In this document: positions 48,821-61,391 of the stretch, piece by piece
Numbering within the stretch: the first letter of the stretch is position 1
Layout of the letters: every line of letters starts with the position of its first letter
Assembly (NCBI GenBank): GCA_964106915.2
Contig: OZ066917.1
Source: Podarcis gaigeae
Taxonomy: Eukaryota
Length of the DNA stretch: 64,000 nt
Strand: one strand, 5' to 3'
Made by a program: the position numbers and the translations under genes
Notes under the pieces: model-generated
The model's database searches: none
What the model saw: only the letters and a program-made list of their open reading frames with translations
What the model was told of the DNA's origin: nothing

Positions 48821-51800
48821 GTTTATACCTTTCTTTAATAAAGCACTAGAACTGGCCATCCTGTCATTTCTCGCTTCCTCCTTCGGTATCCCTGCACCAA
48901 ATGACTCATGCAAGGCCCTCCTTTGGGCCTGTGGATCAAGACTTACATATGCACACTTTGCTCTAGAAGCACAGAGGCAGGACACCAGTATGAGGATCCC
49001 TAACTAGGCCGAAACATTTTCCCCAAAGTACATAGGAAACCTGCACCATGCCCCTGGTTTGGTTGGAACATTTAAAGTCAAACGATGGACATGGGTGAGT
49101 GTTTCAGCTGTCAATGTGTTCTTCTTGTTATGTTAATGCTCTTCCCTGCCTCAGCTGGGAATCTAACCAATCATAATTTTTGTAGCCGTTGGAAAACATG
49201 GATCTTGGAAATGGAATAAAGACTGCAAGGTAGTTATATTCAAATTAGCTGGAACTCCTGATGCCCCTGGTGTGATTGCTGCCCTTGAAATAGACATCCC
49301 TCACAAGTGATCCAAGATCAATCAATTTTGTGAAGAGTCTTAGATGTTGAAAACCCAAGTGTCTTATCACCCCTATCATAAATAGAGTAGCCTGGAAGTT
49401 AAGTGCTATTGATTTCAAGAGTTTCCATTTGTCCTGCTTTTTAGTACCAAGAAGACAACGCATCAGCAGCTATAAACACTCCTAAAGAAGACTTAAACCA
49501 GTTTTCTTTCTAAGTGTCAAAATGTCCTTCCTTCAAGCACTTTCATTTGTTATGGAAAGCTTTCATTTTCAGTCCTGTCAGGCTGTGAGCAACTGGACCT
49601 TAGAGTGAAGCCATTAATGTCTAGGGAGAGTCACTGATACTGAGCAGAATGGTTGTGCCACACCACTGTGTCACACACACCAGCTGGCTGATATATTGTT
49701 TATGTATAGGCATAAGTAAATAAAAATGATAGGCAAAACAAACACCAGCATAGATTTATTTAATCTAATGTTTCAGTCAGAACCCTCAAGCTGTTAGATT
49801 TTTAAGATGAGCAGTGGGAGCCAAGGAGACATTACTGAGAATACAGAGACGTGGAGAGAAATTTCAGAAAGAAATGTATTTGTCATAAGAGGGTATGTGA
49901 ATGCAAGAAAGGTTTAAAATAGAACTAAAGTATGTGTAACAACCTTTTCTTAGAAATACACTTCTGATGCATGCTGAAAACCTATATGTGCATTTCCTGG
50001 CACATATGGCTAGTTACTGGGGTGTATTATGGTGTATTTTGCTAATGGCTATTTTTGTGTGTGGAGTGCCTGTGGTGTGTGTTAGAAATGTCTGAGGGCA
50101 GTCCTTAGAGGGAAAGAGCATTTCTAAGGGAAGGTTGAGAGTCTTGGGTGTGTGAGAGTCTGAGTGAGTGAGTCAGATTGCTGTCTAGGACACTACATCT
50201 GTGTGACTGAGGCATAGCACTTTGTTATGTTACTGTATATGGTTCTGTCAGTGAGTGGTTTTGTCATCTCCAGGTATTTTTGCAGTATATTTTAGCAGAG
50301 TAGGTGGAGTGATTGGTGATTAGTGGTGTGGGGAGTGAAATATATTTGAGCAATTAAGTGGCTAGAGTGCTATGTGTTTTGGTGCATGCAGGTGAGAAAT
50401 GGGAGTAGCATGGGATGAGAGTGATTGGATAAGCAGAGGGTACTATCTGATTAAGTCCTGTCTTAGGGAAAGTGGTTGTGGTAGACGTAAGAAGGAATGT
50501 GGACCTCCCTTATGCTGCTTTTGTAAAGAATGAATTATTATTCTGGAATCTTATAATGGCCAACTCTGAAAGGGTGAGCCAAGAGCTATGGTTGAAACTC
50601 CTGCTTGCACCTGATGAGCAAACAATCCCATGGTGTGTATGTGTTAGTGGGGTAGGTGTTGCATACTGTAAGTCAGAATGTGTTTTGGCCGGGGTGAGGA
50701 GGGATCCCTTGCTCTGGAGATATTTTTGAAATGTGCTGCTATGCTTTACTATTCCATTTTATTTGACATTGTAATTTTTCAATTTTATTGTTTGATACTG
50801 TGTGTGTGTGTGTGTGTGTGTGTCTACCATTTATTGTTCGAGCAAACCACTGTTTGAGTGGCACTAAAATGAATGAGGAGGCTACATGGGTAGGTTCCCC
50901 TGTATAGATGATTCATAGGAACACTGCTGCTACTTCCAATGGTGGCAAAGCAGAAATAGAAAAGGAAAGGAATTCACCCTGAACGTATTTTTTTTAATAA
51001 GCCCCTTAAAAATTGATGGTGGTCCCTCCTTTTCCTGTCCCATCCATCACAATTTTGAAGAAGAATTCATTCAAACCCCCTCCAATGAAGTCTTTTGAGT
51101 CAGTGTTCTCAGAATGGATGGCCCAGGCAACATATACATGATTCAATGGCAATATAGGTGCATTTGTATGTTTGGGTTGGCCTCTAGCCACATAATTCAA
51201 CACTGCTCTACAAAACCAATTTCCAGTGTGCTGTCTTTGCCTGCATAGCAACATCCTGTGTAGGTTTCCATGCATGGAGCAGCTGTTTCATACACCCATA
51301 GTCTTCCTGTGTGGGCAAACTGATTGCTTAATGAGCATTTGTCTTCCTCTTTGGAAGCCATAAATGGCCCAGAAACATTTAGAATGATCTTCAAGTGTTG
51401 TTGTTTTAATGATAATACACACACTTTGGACCTAAATGGATCTGACAGGTTTTTTCTTGATCACAGTTGGTTTTATATTAAATACTCCGAGAAAACAAGG
51501 CTCAGAGCATACCTTATGCATATTGATCATTTGGGGACTGCCATATGTCATGGATTAGTTGAGCCTTTAGGAATATTATATTTTGAGCAGAGCAGATGTG
51601 AAGCTTTCAGAAGAGGATCCCCCCCCCAATCCCTGAGGGGAGGTATAAGAGGAGAATAGCCGGAATACTTTGGGGAAGGAAAAGTGCAAGTGGGAAAAGA
51701 GCAATTGATGGGAGTTGGATGGTGCCTGTAGCTGCATGCTGCATGCCATTAGATGACTTTTTTTGGAGGAGGTGTAAAAAGCTTTGCCAAACGTTGCTAG

Positions 51801-52117
51801 AACACATTGTCAGGGTGGCAGCAGCTTCCTGCCCACAGATATTCATAGTGAGAAAAGTTGGACAAACCAAGCTGTCTGGATCAGAACCCGACACTGGCAA
51901 GTGAGGGCAGAGAGGCTTTTTAAAAAATATTTGATCCTCAAATGACCTGAGATTCACCAACCTTGGCCAGCAGCTGTGCCTTGATCAGTACTGCTTATGC
52001 CTACTTTGTAAAGGCACAACCAAATTGGGTTCGGCATCGGGAATGACCTCAAGAATTTCCAGCACTCCTTATGGAAACCCACACCTGACTTTGAAAAAGA
52101 TGCCATCCTTATATAAC

Positions 52118-52201
52118 CAGTGTGTGTGTGTGTGTGTGTGTTTTCTGGGGGTACTCGAGGGTACACAGGTCCAGCACCTTTTTCCTAGAAGAAAAGTACT
52201 G
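52118..52201. mobile_element. Short hAT MITE with (TG)n expansion inside the left TIR
   Basis: cagtg(tg)n ttttctgggggtac ... aaaagtactg; TSD tatataac / aatataac; related to 34921. Confidence 0.75.
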
Positions 52202-53733
52202 AATATAACTTTCTGATTTCACAAAGGATGTAGTGGATGTATGCGATGCAGTGACACTTTGAAACCTTTGCGCCTGCTTTTCATTACTCTAATCTTTAAA
52301 GCCTTTGGCCATTTCGATGACGTAGATTTGCTCTTTTGATCTCTGCTTTGTTTAGTCGGTGGGATACAGCGTTCCGATGCGGAATATTTTTTTGAGTCGA
52401 GCCTCAGTTTCGAGCAATTAATCAGGGACGTGGGAAAGGGAATGCTTCAGTACGCAAAGGCAGTGATTCCAAAAAGCAGCATTAACAGGTTAAGGATGGC
52501 TCTCTGGCTATCACAACCCCTGCTAGGATGCTTCCTATATTTGCTCGTCTTCCTCCTTCAACAGCTCACATTTGTAGCGGTTTTCATTGCTTCATATCAG
52601 TTGCCAGGACTGCATGTTCCAAATGAAAGGCTTTGCTGGTTGCCACCGGGCTGTGCAGAAATTGCAACATTATTATTTTTTTACCCTCGCTCCAGGCCAT
52701 GGCTAGGCTAGATACTTAGCTCTGGACTGAAAGTCATGTTGATGCCTGAAGGTGACAAGGGAATGAACAGGGCTATGAAACTATCGTCTCCTTCACACTT
52801 CTGCGCCTTCACACTTGTGCCCTGTGGGCTCTGGTGTCAAACCGCCGAGCCAGCTGTGTTTAAGGTGGTAAGGTTTCAAAACGTGTTTTTTAATTCTCAC
52901 CTTTTTTGTGTGTGTGTCTCTTTCTTTTTGAGAATCTTAACTAGATTTCTCTGCATTTTTATTTCATAGGCACTTTTTTTTTAATGACCTGATAAAAAGA
53001 TGACAGCTGTGAGTCCCAACTCTCAGTACAATTAGCTTTTTCTTTTCTTTTTTTTAGTGGGGGCGGGGATAAGACCCTGATATTGAGATTGTGTGGCTTT
53101 TGTTAGAAAAGCTCTACCGCAGACATTCAATGTCATGTAAAAAGAAGTGAAGAAGATAAAGAAAGAGAGCCTGTTTTTTTGTTGTTTAGTAAGTTGTCAA
53201 AGACAATTGATGTCTCTTTGCCAGTAAAAGTCCCCTGCAGTGAAAAATCAAAATATGAACACGTAGTTCACATATGAGCAAACATTTGTAAATTTAAACC
53301 CACAGGTACCCCTTGTTTCAAGTGGTGCTTACTAGCTGTAACTTTCATCCCCTCCCACCCTCATTTGTAGACTGTTCTTAATGCTGCATTTGGATGGGTC
53401 AAAACCCCCCACAAAGCTTACTGCAGGTGTTTTAGGATTCAAATTTCTATTAGTATAATGTTTTCAATGTTCATTAAAAATAAACTAAGAGGGCAAAGCA
53501 TTACTGAAAGATGCTATTCACTGTTGCAATTCTCTCACCTCCTATTGCACAGGCTGGGAAGTGGACACTATCTTGCCCTCCCGGAACATTTTCTGATGCT
53601 GCAACATAACAGCAGCCTATTGGAAGGGTCGGAAAGTTTGGCAACCTAGTCCCGCCTGCAGAGTAGGGAATCTGCCATACCTCTGGCTCCTTTCCAGTTG
53701 GGAAGCATATTTATTTGGAAGCTACTATTGACA

Positions 53734-54083
53734 GGAACCCGGGTGGCGCTGTGGGTTAAACCACAGAGCCTAGGGCTTGCCGATCAGAAGGTCTGCGGTT
53801 CGAATCCCCACGATGGGGTGAGCTTCCTTTGCTCTGTCCCTGCTCCTGCTCACCTAGCAGTTTGAAAGCACGTCAAAGTGCAAGTAGATAAATAGGTACC
53901 GCTCCGACGGGAAGGTAAACTGCGTTTCCGTGTGCTGCTCTGGTTCACTAGAAGCGGCTTAGTCATGCTGGCCACATGACCCGGAAGCTGTACGCTGGCT
54001 CCCTCGGCCAATAAAGTAAGATAAGCACCGCAACCCCAGAGTCGGCCACGACTGGACCTAATGGTCAGGGGTCCCTTTACCTT
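53734..54083 (+). mobile_element. Sauria SINE, full length
   Basis: A/B boxes and (ACCTTT) tail; direct repeat tactattgacagg (53723-53735 / 54084-54096). Confidence 0.95.
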
Positions 54084-54232
54084 TACTATTGACAGGTGGT
54101 CTCCACCAATGGAAGAGGTGAGCCTTTGGGGTTTCTTATGGAGGGTGAAAAAAGGTTAAGGGAACTCCCCTACAGGTGACTGGCTTTAATTTCTCTTTTG
54201 TGTGCTGGCTGCTAGATAACAGATAGATGACA

Positions 54233-54914
54233 GAGTGCAATTTTTCTAGAAAAAGTGGTGCCAGAACTCACAATGAATGCTTCCCTCGTTCTCTTAAAAT
54301 GACAATGGCACCCACCTGAGAGGTGCCAGAACTGAGTTAGGCTGGTGACTGTGAGTAGCTGCTGAGACCATACAACACTGGTCCTGAAAGACCTACATTG
54401 GCTCCTAGTATGTTTCCGAGCACAATTCAAAGTGTTGGTGCTGACCTTTAAAGCCCTAAATGGCCTGGGCCCCAGTATACCTGAAGGAGCTTCTCCACCT
54501 CCATCGCTCAGCCCAGACACTGAGGTCCAGCTCCAAGGGCCTTCTGGCAGTTCCCTCACTGTGAGAAGTGTGGTTACAGGGAACCAGGCAGAGGGCCTTC
54601 TCGGTAGTGGCGCCCGCCCTGTGGAAAGCCCTCCTATCAAATGTCAAGGAAATAAACAATTATCTGACTTTTAGAAGACATCTGAAGGCAGCCCTGTTTA
54701 GGGAAGTTTTTAATGTTTGATATTTTGTCATGCTTTTGATATTCTGTTGGGAGCCTTTCAGAGTGGCTAGGGAAACCCAACTAGATGGTGTTGTAAACAA
54801 AATTCCTATCACAATGGAAGGGGGTATAAATAATAAATTATATTATTATTGTTGTTATTGTTGTTGTTGTTGTTATGATGCGTTCTGGTGAGTTCTGGCT
54901 GAAAAAAAAGCCAT
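54233..54914. mobile_element. hAT MITE (family of 5232/46478) split by an L2
   Basis: 54233-54338 plus 54885-54914 reconstitute the 46478 element. Confidence 0.82.
54339..54878 (+). mobile_element. L2-clade LINE 3' end
   Basis: DHTTLVLKDLHWLLVCFRAQFKVLVLTFKALNGLGP corresponds to the L2 ORF2 C-terminal HITPVL..LHWLP..R..FK motif; (tat/tgt)n tail; flanks tgagtt / tgcgtt. Confidence 0.88.
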
Positions 54915-57083
54915 AGAGATAGATAGATGTAAATATGTAGAGATAGATATAGAGATTTATTTATTTCATAAACTTTATACACTGCTTGATAGTTGTTGCT
55001 TTTTAAAACCCTCAGAACAATTCTGTACAAAATTGGGAAATATTCCTGCACTTGAGGGTGGGAGGCTTTTTGTTCTGATGTTGACAGTTTGGGGACATGG
55101 GTAGTAAAAGCCTTTCTGAATCCTTTAATTTGCTGCATATAGGGCTGAAAGAGTGACCAATCATATTAGTAGTTTTATTTTGCTGTTGGGAAAATAATTA
55201 GAAAGCAGAGCAGGTTTGAGATTGTTAGCAGAGATTATGATTTGGAGGAGAGATACAGATGGACTTCATTTGTTGATTGAAGAAAATCCCAGGTGGCAGT
55301 AGATTAGACTTTATCAGTTTTCATTCATCTGCTTGTGAAAAGTGGATAACGCTTGAATCTTTAGCAGTCTCACTTGAAAGGAATCCAAACTCCTGGCTTG
55401 AGAGGCTTGATTAAATTTTACTCAGGTAGTTGGATTTAATTTAGGATAGAACAAAAACCACCTGGATACCTGAGAGGAAGAAGGATGGGCGTACAGACAC
55501 TAGTGAAAAATTCTGAGCCATGCTATTGTCTAATTAAGACATAAGCTACGTATATCTATCTGCATGGTTTCAGTTGTTTCTCTTCAGAGTCTGATATTTG
55601 GATATAAATTAGGTTTAAATGATAAAAATTGGGGAACTTTCGTTTTTCCAGAGGTATAAACTGTCCTGCCTGCTTTAATTGATCTGGAATATATATATCC
55701 ATATCATCTATATCATCTATATCTCCATCCCTAGGTGTTTTCTCACAGCTATGTGAGAGCTATGTGTTCATTTATTTACTCTGTTCTGTATTATGGGCTT
55801 AGAGCTTCTTACAGCCACCCCTCCTAAATGTCAATAATCTTGTCCATTAGGCAACCAGATGGTTTGGGAGATAAAATCTATTAAACTGAAACACCCATAC
55901 TATACCATAAAGATAAATAACCAGTTGAGAAAGCTACCTGTTAAATACCTGTGTTGAAAGAGGAGCTGTGCTGCACGGTGAAATGGAATGGATGAAGTCT
56001 GTGCAGGAGAGAGAGGGCTTGTCTCCCAGATTCTATAAAGTCTCACTCTTCCAATACTGAAGACGCTTCCATTCCTAGGGGCAACATATAAGCCCTGCTC
56101 ATTGCTATCTCATGAGCACCTCAAATTCTGCAAAGTGGTGGAAAGTGTCTACTGGATATTGGTGTGTACTGGGTATACAAAAATCCTAATGCAAACTTGT
56201 GCAAAACTATGTGCAAGTGATCTTCATACCTTTCTCTGCATGGATGAATGGAAATGCTTCACATGTTGAAAAGCACCATGGGGGTATAGTTTGCTTCATC
56301 CATGGGCAAGGTATAAAAATATGCATCTTTTACTACTCTTTAAACACCTGTTCGTGACTAGTACAGGCTGTTAAAGTATGTTAAAAGGCAACAGCTCTCT
56401 CTTAATTGATCTTGACCCTATGGATCAGGAAACCTTTGAATTGGTATCCCACACACCTCTAGGTTAAAAATGCTTTGAGGCTTCCATTGTTATAGCACAT
56501 ATACAGTCTACCTGCTCATACGCAATTAATGATTTGAAGGGATCTAAAAGCTATTGTAAGGACATTTATGGGATCAGTCATTCAGTGGAATATCAAGTTA
56601 TTTGTTCAACAGATAGAATGTTTGTGGCGGGTGAAGCACCTCTTGAGTATTACCGAATTGTAAAATGGTCTTATTTTAGATCTCTCCCCTAAAGTACATG
56701 ACTTGAAGTCTACTTTCTTATTGTGTGTAACTCCACACCTTATCAAATCTTATTGAAGCTACTGCTTTTACTTAACCTTCACTTTGCATTGTAAGTCTCA
56801 TATGCGTAATCTCTAGGAGCCTCACTCAGATCAACTGATAGCAATGAAGGTAGAGTCACTGATCTGTCTTACTTCTGCATCCCAGGTGTATCTGTTTCTA
56901 ATGCCAGAGAACACAAGAAGTGGCAAAAACCAAAAAGCACTTTCAATGGGCCAGTAAAAAAGTGTGAACTCCAAATAAAGCCCTATCAACCAGACATAGT
57001 AGAAGCGCTGTTATTTCAGTTTTGTCCCAAATGATCACTCTTGTCACCTCAGTAATATTATAACTTGCCTATATACCCTAAAT

Positions 57084-57218
57084 CAGGCATCCCCAAACCT
57101 GGCCCTCCAGCTGCTGTTGACTACATCTCCCATCATCCCTAGCTAACAGGACCAGTGGTCAGGGATGATGGGAATTGTAGTCCCAAAACAGCTGGATGGC
57201 CGAGTTTGGGGGTGCCTG
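57084..57218. mobile_element. hAT (Charlie-like) palindromic MITE
   Basis: Same core as 46631 (ctaacaggaccagtggtcaggg); TSD ccctaaat / ccctaaac. Confidence 0.88.
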
Positions 57219-58254
57219 CCCTAAACCTTAGAGTAAATTTATGTGAATCTCTAGGCAAATGAAAATAGAATGGAACCTCTGTATTCTTGAAGCATTGCTA
57301 GAGTGCAGCCTAGTTTAAATAGAAGTTTCAGCTTAAATAGGGATTTGCTGCCACTATGGAGTGAGCAAATTCCCCTTTGAAATGCACCTATGTGCATGAG
57401 CTGAAGCTGTACAGGTAGTTCCTAATCCTTGGTTGTGATGAAATGCATACATGATCAGTGCTGACAATTTTAGCAGACCAAATCTGCTGCTTAGCTGCTT
57501 TGTGGGTTTATTGGGGAAGGTACTTCCCAAGTCTTGTTGGACTATGTATAATACACAAAATGCAGTCAAGATCTGCACATTCCTCAAGGTTTGTTGGAGA
57601 TTATGCATAATGGCCAGATAATGTACATAATTCAGCAAATACATGCACACCCCTACCCCTAGTTGTTAGTTATGATGTGTCACTGGGAGATAGTTAAAGG
57701 CTCATGACATTCAGAAGCATCTGCTGTTGTGTGTGTTTGGTTACTTACGGAAAAGCTTCTTAATGAAAGTCTATTGCCATTTATCTCTTACCATCTTTCA
57801 GTTTATAGTTAATAGCCCCACAGCTCCACATATAGAATAATGGATGTGCCACATAAAGTAGCTAGAGTATTCCAAAGAGAACAATTGGATTTGTTTTGAC
57901 ATAGTGTTAGCTGCTGTGGGCTGGGCACATAGCAAATCACAGATGGTAGAATAAGCATAATATAATTATAGAGACTCCCAGGCTATCCAGATGGTCATAT
58001 ATGTTTGGCTTGTTGGAAAAAAAGCCTAAACTATAGGTTCATCACACTTTTTTATATTTTAGTCCAGATTGAGAAGTCTGAATTCACTCCCCGCCCCCTC
58101 CTTGATTGTTTGAATATTTACCATATGGGCTGCCAATCTATTTCTGTAGTTCCTTTTTGAATCGTACTGGAAGTGTCTGAGACGTTCTATTACACTGTTA
58201 CCAACAGATTTCAGTGTAATGGCGTGAGAATTTTGGACATGCTACAGTTCTCCA

Positions 58255-58612
58255 GGGGATGCAGGTGGCGCTGTGGATTAAACCACAGAGCCTAGGACTT
58301 GCCAATCAGAAGGTCAGCGGTTCGAATCCCCACGACGGGGTGAGCTCCCATTGCTCAGTCCTTGTTCCGGCCAACCTAGCAGTTCAAAAGCATGTCAAAG
58401 TGCAAGTAGATAAATAGGTACTGCTCCAGCGGGAAGGTAAACAGCATTTCCGTGCGCTGCTCTGGTTCGCCAGAAGCGGCTTAGTCATGCTGGCCACATG
58501 ACCCGGAAGCTGTACGCCGGCTCCCTCGGCCAATAAAGCGAGATGAGCGTGGCAACCCCAAAGTCGGTCATGACTGGACCTAACGGTCAGGGGTCCCTTT
58601 ACCTTTACCTTT
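58255..58612 (+). mobile_element. Sauria SINE, full length
   Basis: As above; TSD tacagttctcc / tacagttatcc. Confidence 0.95.
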
Positions 58613-58834
58613 TACAGTTATCCTATTGTACAATCTCAGTGGAATATATTGCTTGCAAACTTGAGGGTGGCACAGGTTCCTCAGTAGCTTCTTTCAAACA
58701 GCAGTGCAAATAGAACTGAGCACATCCAAGAATTCAGGTGGAATGTTGCACTCCATAATTCTAAAGCTGCATGAGGGGAGGCAAAACTACATTTGCTATT
58801 CTGAGCCTTTCAAAAGATTCTCACTGCCCTTTTG

Positions 58835-58835
<1 letters not shown>

Positions 58836-58882
<47 letters not shown>
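58836..58882. repeat. (AAT)n microsatellite
   Basis: Direct reading. Confidence 0.97.
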
Positions 58883-58883
<1 letters not shown>

Positions 58884-59235
58884 TAGATAATGCACAAATG
58901 TCATGAAGGCTATCTGGGCTTCCAGTGGAAAAGATGAGTCTACTAGCACCCCCAACTATATACCTGCTCCTTCAGAGGGAGAGCAACCTGGTCCAGAACT
59001 GGTAAGCAACTCTAACATCTGGACCTGGGAACCACTCGCTCACAAAGTCTCCAGCTTAACAGGATTCATTCTCAGCTCATTCACTTTCTTCCAGCCAATC
59101 ACTGTATCCAGACACTGACTGAGAATAATCATGTCTAATCCAACTCACAGGTAACAGAGAAATAGAGATGGATGTGGTCAGCTGATGATACTGCATTCCA
59201 GATCTCCTATTGACCTTTCCTAGCAACTCCATCAA

Positions 59236-59585
59236 GGGACACGGTTGGCGCTGTGGGTTAAACCACAAAGCCTAGGACTTGCTGATCAGAAGGTCAGCAG
59301 TTCAAATCCCCGCAACGGGGTGAGCTCCCGTTGCTCGGTCCCTACTCCTGCCAACCTAGCAGTTCGAAAGCACGCCAGTGCAAGTAGATAAATAGGTACC
59401 ACTCTGGCAGGAAGGTAAACGGCATTTCCATGCTCTGCTCTGATTCGCCAGAAGCGGCTAAGTCATGCTGGCCGCATGACCCGGAAGCTGTACGCCGGCT
59501 CCCTCGGCCAATAAAGTGAGATGAGCATCACAATCCCAGAGTCGGCCACGACTGGACCTAATGGTCAGGGGTCCCTTTACTTTTA
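59236..59585 (+). mobile_element. Sauria SINE, full length
   Basis: As above; TSD cctagcaactccatcaag / cctagcaacttcatctag. Confidence 0.95.
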
Positions 59586-59869
59586 CCTAGCAACTTCATC
59601 TAGATCACAGGTGGAAACCTTGAACTAGCCAATGGGCTATATCCTTCCCACTGCCGCCCCCCCCCCCCCACGGGCCAACTTTGACTGGCTACCATGTTAT
59701 TATGATGTTTGGTGACAACTTGAAAGGTCACTGGCTGACAACACTGATCTGCTATGGGTGCTGAGAGAAAACCCCTTTGAAGTTCATTTGCAAATGGTTG
59801 ATGCAAATTGTTGTGATATGAACAGACTTCAAAGGGATGGCTCTTGGCATCCGTCAACTGAGAGCCCCT

Positions 59870-60016
59870 NNNNNNNNNNNNNNNNNNNNNNNNNNNNNNN
59901 NNNNNNNNNNNNNNNNNNNNNNNNNNNNNNNNNNNNNNNNNNNNNNNNNNNNNNNNNNNNNNNNNNNNNNNNNNNNNNNNNNNNNNNNNNNNNNNNNNNN
60001 NNNNNNNNNNNNNNNN
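59870..60016. other. Assembly gap (147 N)
   Basis: Run of n. Confidence 1.
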
Positions 60017-61052
60017 CTCAGTGTCATTCCTGAGAACGATCTACGACATCTTTACCCAGGAAGTCTTACTGTGACATCAGAATAGCTCATCAAAGCCAGT
60101 CAAAATATATGCATAGCCTTCCGTGCTGTGGAGATATTAAATAGGTATTATGTATTAACAAGTGTGATACAATATTCGTTGAAATCTTGATTTGTATGCT
60201 GATCTGAAATATGGATTTTCCCATTAAAAAATACTTGGGAAAGTGTCCTTTATCTCCCCTGTGCAATAACAGATGGTGCAAGAAACATGGCCCAATCAGC
60301 AAGTATATACGATAGGCAAGAAAAACATGGTGATAATTACAGCAGGCGTTTCTGAATAAGTCTAATGTATGTCAGGTTCTGATTAACTGTAAATCTACCA
60401 GCCCCAGATGATAGCAGGTGATAGGCAAATCTTGGAACCCATCATAAATTTGTGAAGAAATTAATGTCAGAGATTACATAAATTCAGGATTTGGCTGTCA
60501 CAATCTTGTCAAAACGCCCACCTCATATTCAAAAGAGGAAAACTGGCATCTGAGGAAAAGTAACTCCACATTCTCTAGAAATAAATAAGAAGCAGACAAG
60601 CCATTTTCACCTTTCAGCTGCCACATCTAAGCTGCCTCCCTGCCCCTTCAGTTATTTTGATGACAAGTTGGTGTTCAAAGTAAACAGAAATGGTACGACG
60701 AGTCCTACAATGCCTCAAGACAAACAAATGTATCATAAACTAGGGTTTGGAGAACTTGTGGTCTTTCAGGTGTTCTTGGACTCCAGCTCCAGCCAGCATG
60801 GCCAAATGCCAGGGATGATAGGAATTGTAGTTTCCCTACCCCCTGACATAAGCTTTCATTTGCATGCTTCCTAGCATCTCGGGGAGTTTGAAAAGGAAGA
60901 GGTGAGTGGTCAGAAAGCCACTAGGCCTCTTTGTATGAATGCATGTTTACTAAAGGACTCCCTCCAAAGGGGGGGGGGTCACTAAATTTCCCACCACCTT
61001 CATTGGAAAGAAAGGTACATAAAAGTGGAGGGAGGACCTTTTTCCAACCATA

Positions 61053-61391
61053 AAGGAAAGGGTAAAGGGACCCCTGACCATTAGGTCCAGTCATGACCGA
61101 CTTTGGGGTTGCGGCACTCATCTCGCTTTATTGGCCGAGGGAGCCGGCGTACAGTTTCCAGATCATGTGGCCAGCATGACTAAGCCGCTTCTGGCGAACC
61201 AGAGCAGTGCACAGAAACGCCGTTTACCATCCCGCCAGAGCACTTGCACTTTGACATGCTTTTGAACTGCTAGGTTGGCAGGAGCAGGGACCGAGCAACG
61301 GGAGCTCACCTCGTTGCGGGGATTCAAACCATAGACCATCTGATCAGTAAGCCCTAGGCTCTGTGGTTTAACCCACACGCCACCTGTGTCC
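61053..61391 (-). mobile_element. Sauria SINE, full length with small internal deletion
   Basis: Reverse complement of the 58255/59236 copies; TSD cctttttccaaccata / cctttctccaaccata. Confidence 0.95.

Noticed and set aside
50472-50729. Possible Gypsy gag/PNMA-like ORF after a long GT-rich stretch
   Set aside because: Only a vague resemblance, with no motif, LTR or PBS identified; an HMM search would be needed.
56226-56313. Imperfect inverted repeat (atacctt...catggatgaa / ttcatccatgg..aaggtat)
   Set aside because: Short and degenerate; most likely an old MITE remnant with nothing further to support it.
59758-60085. ORFs spanning X runs
   Set aside because: Artefacts of the assembly gap.
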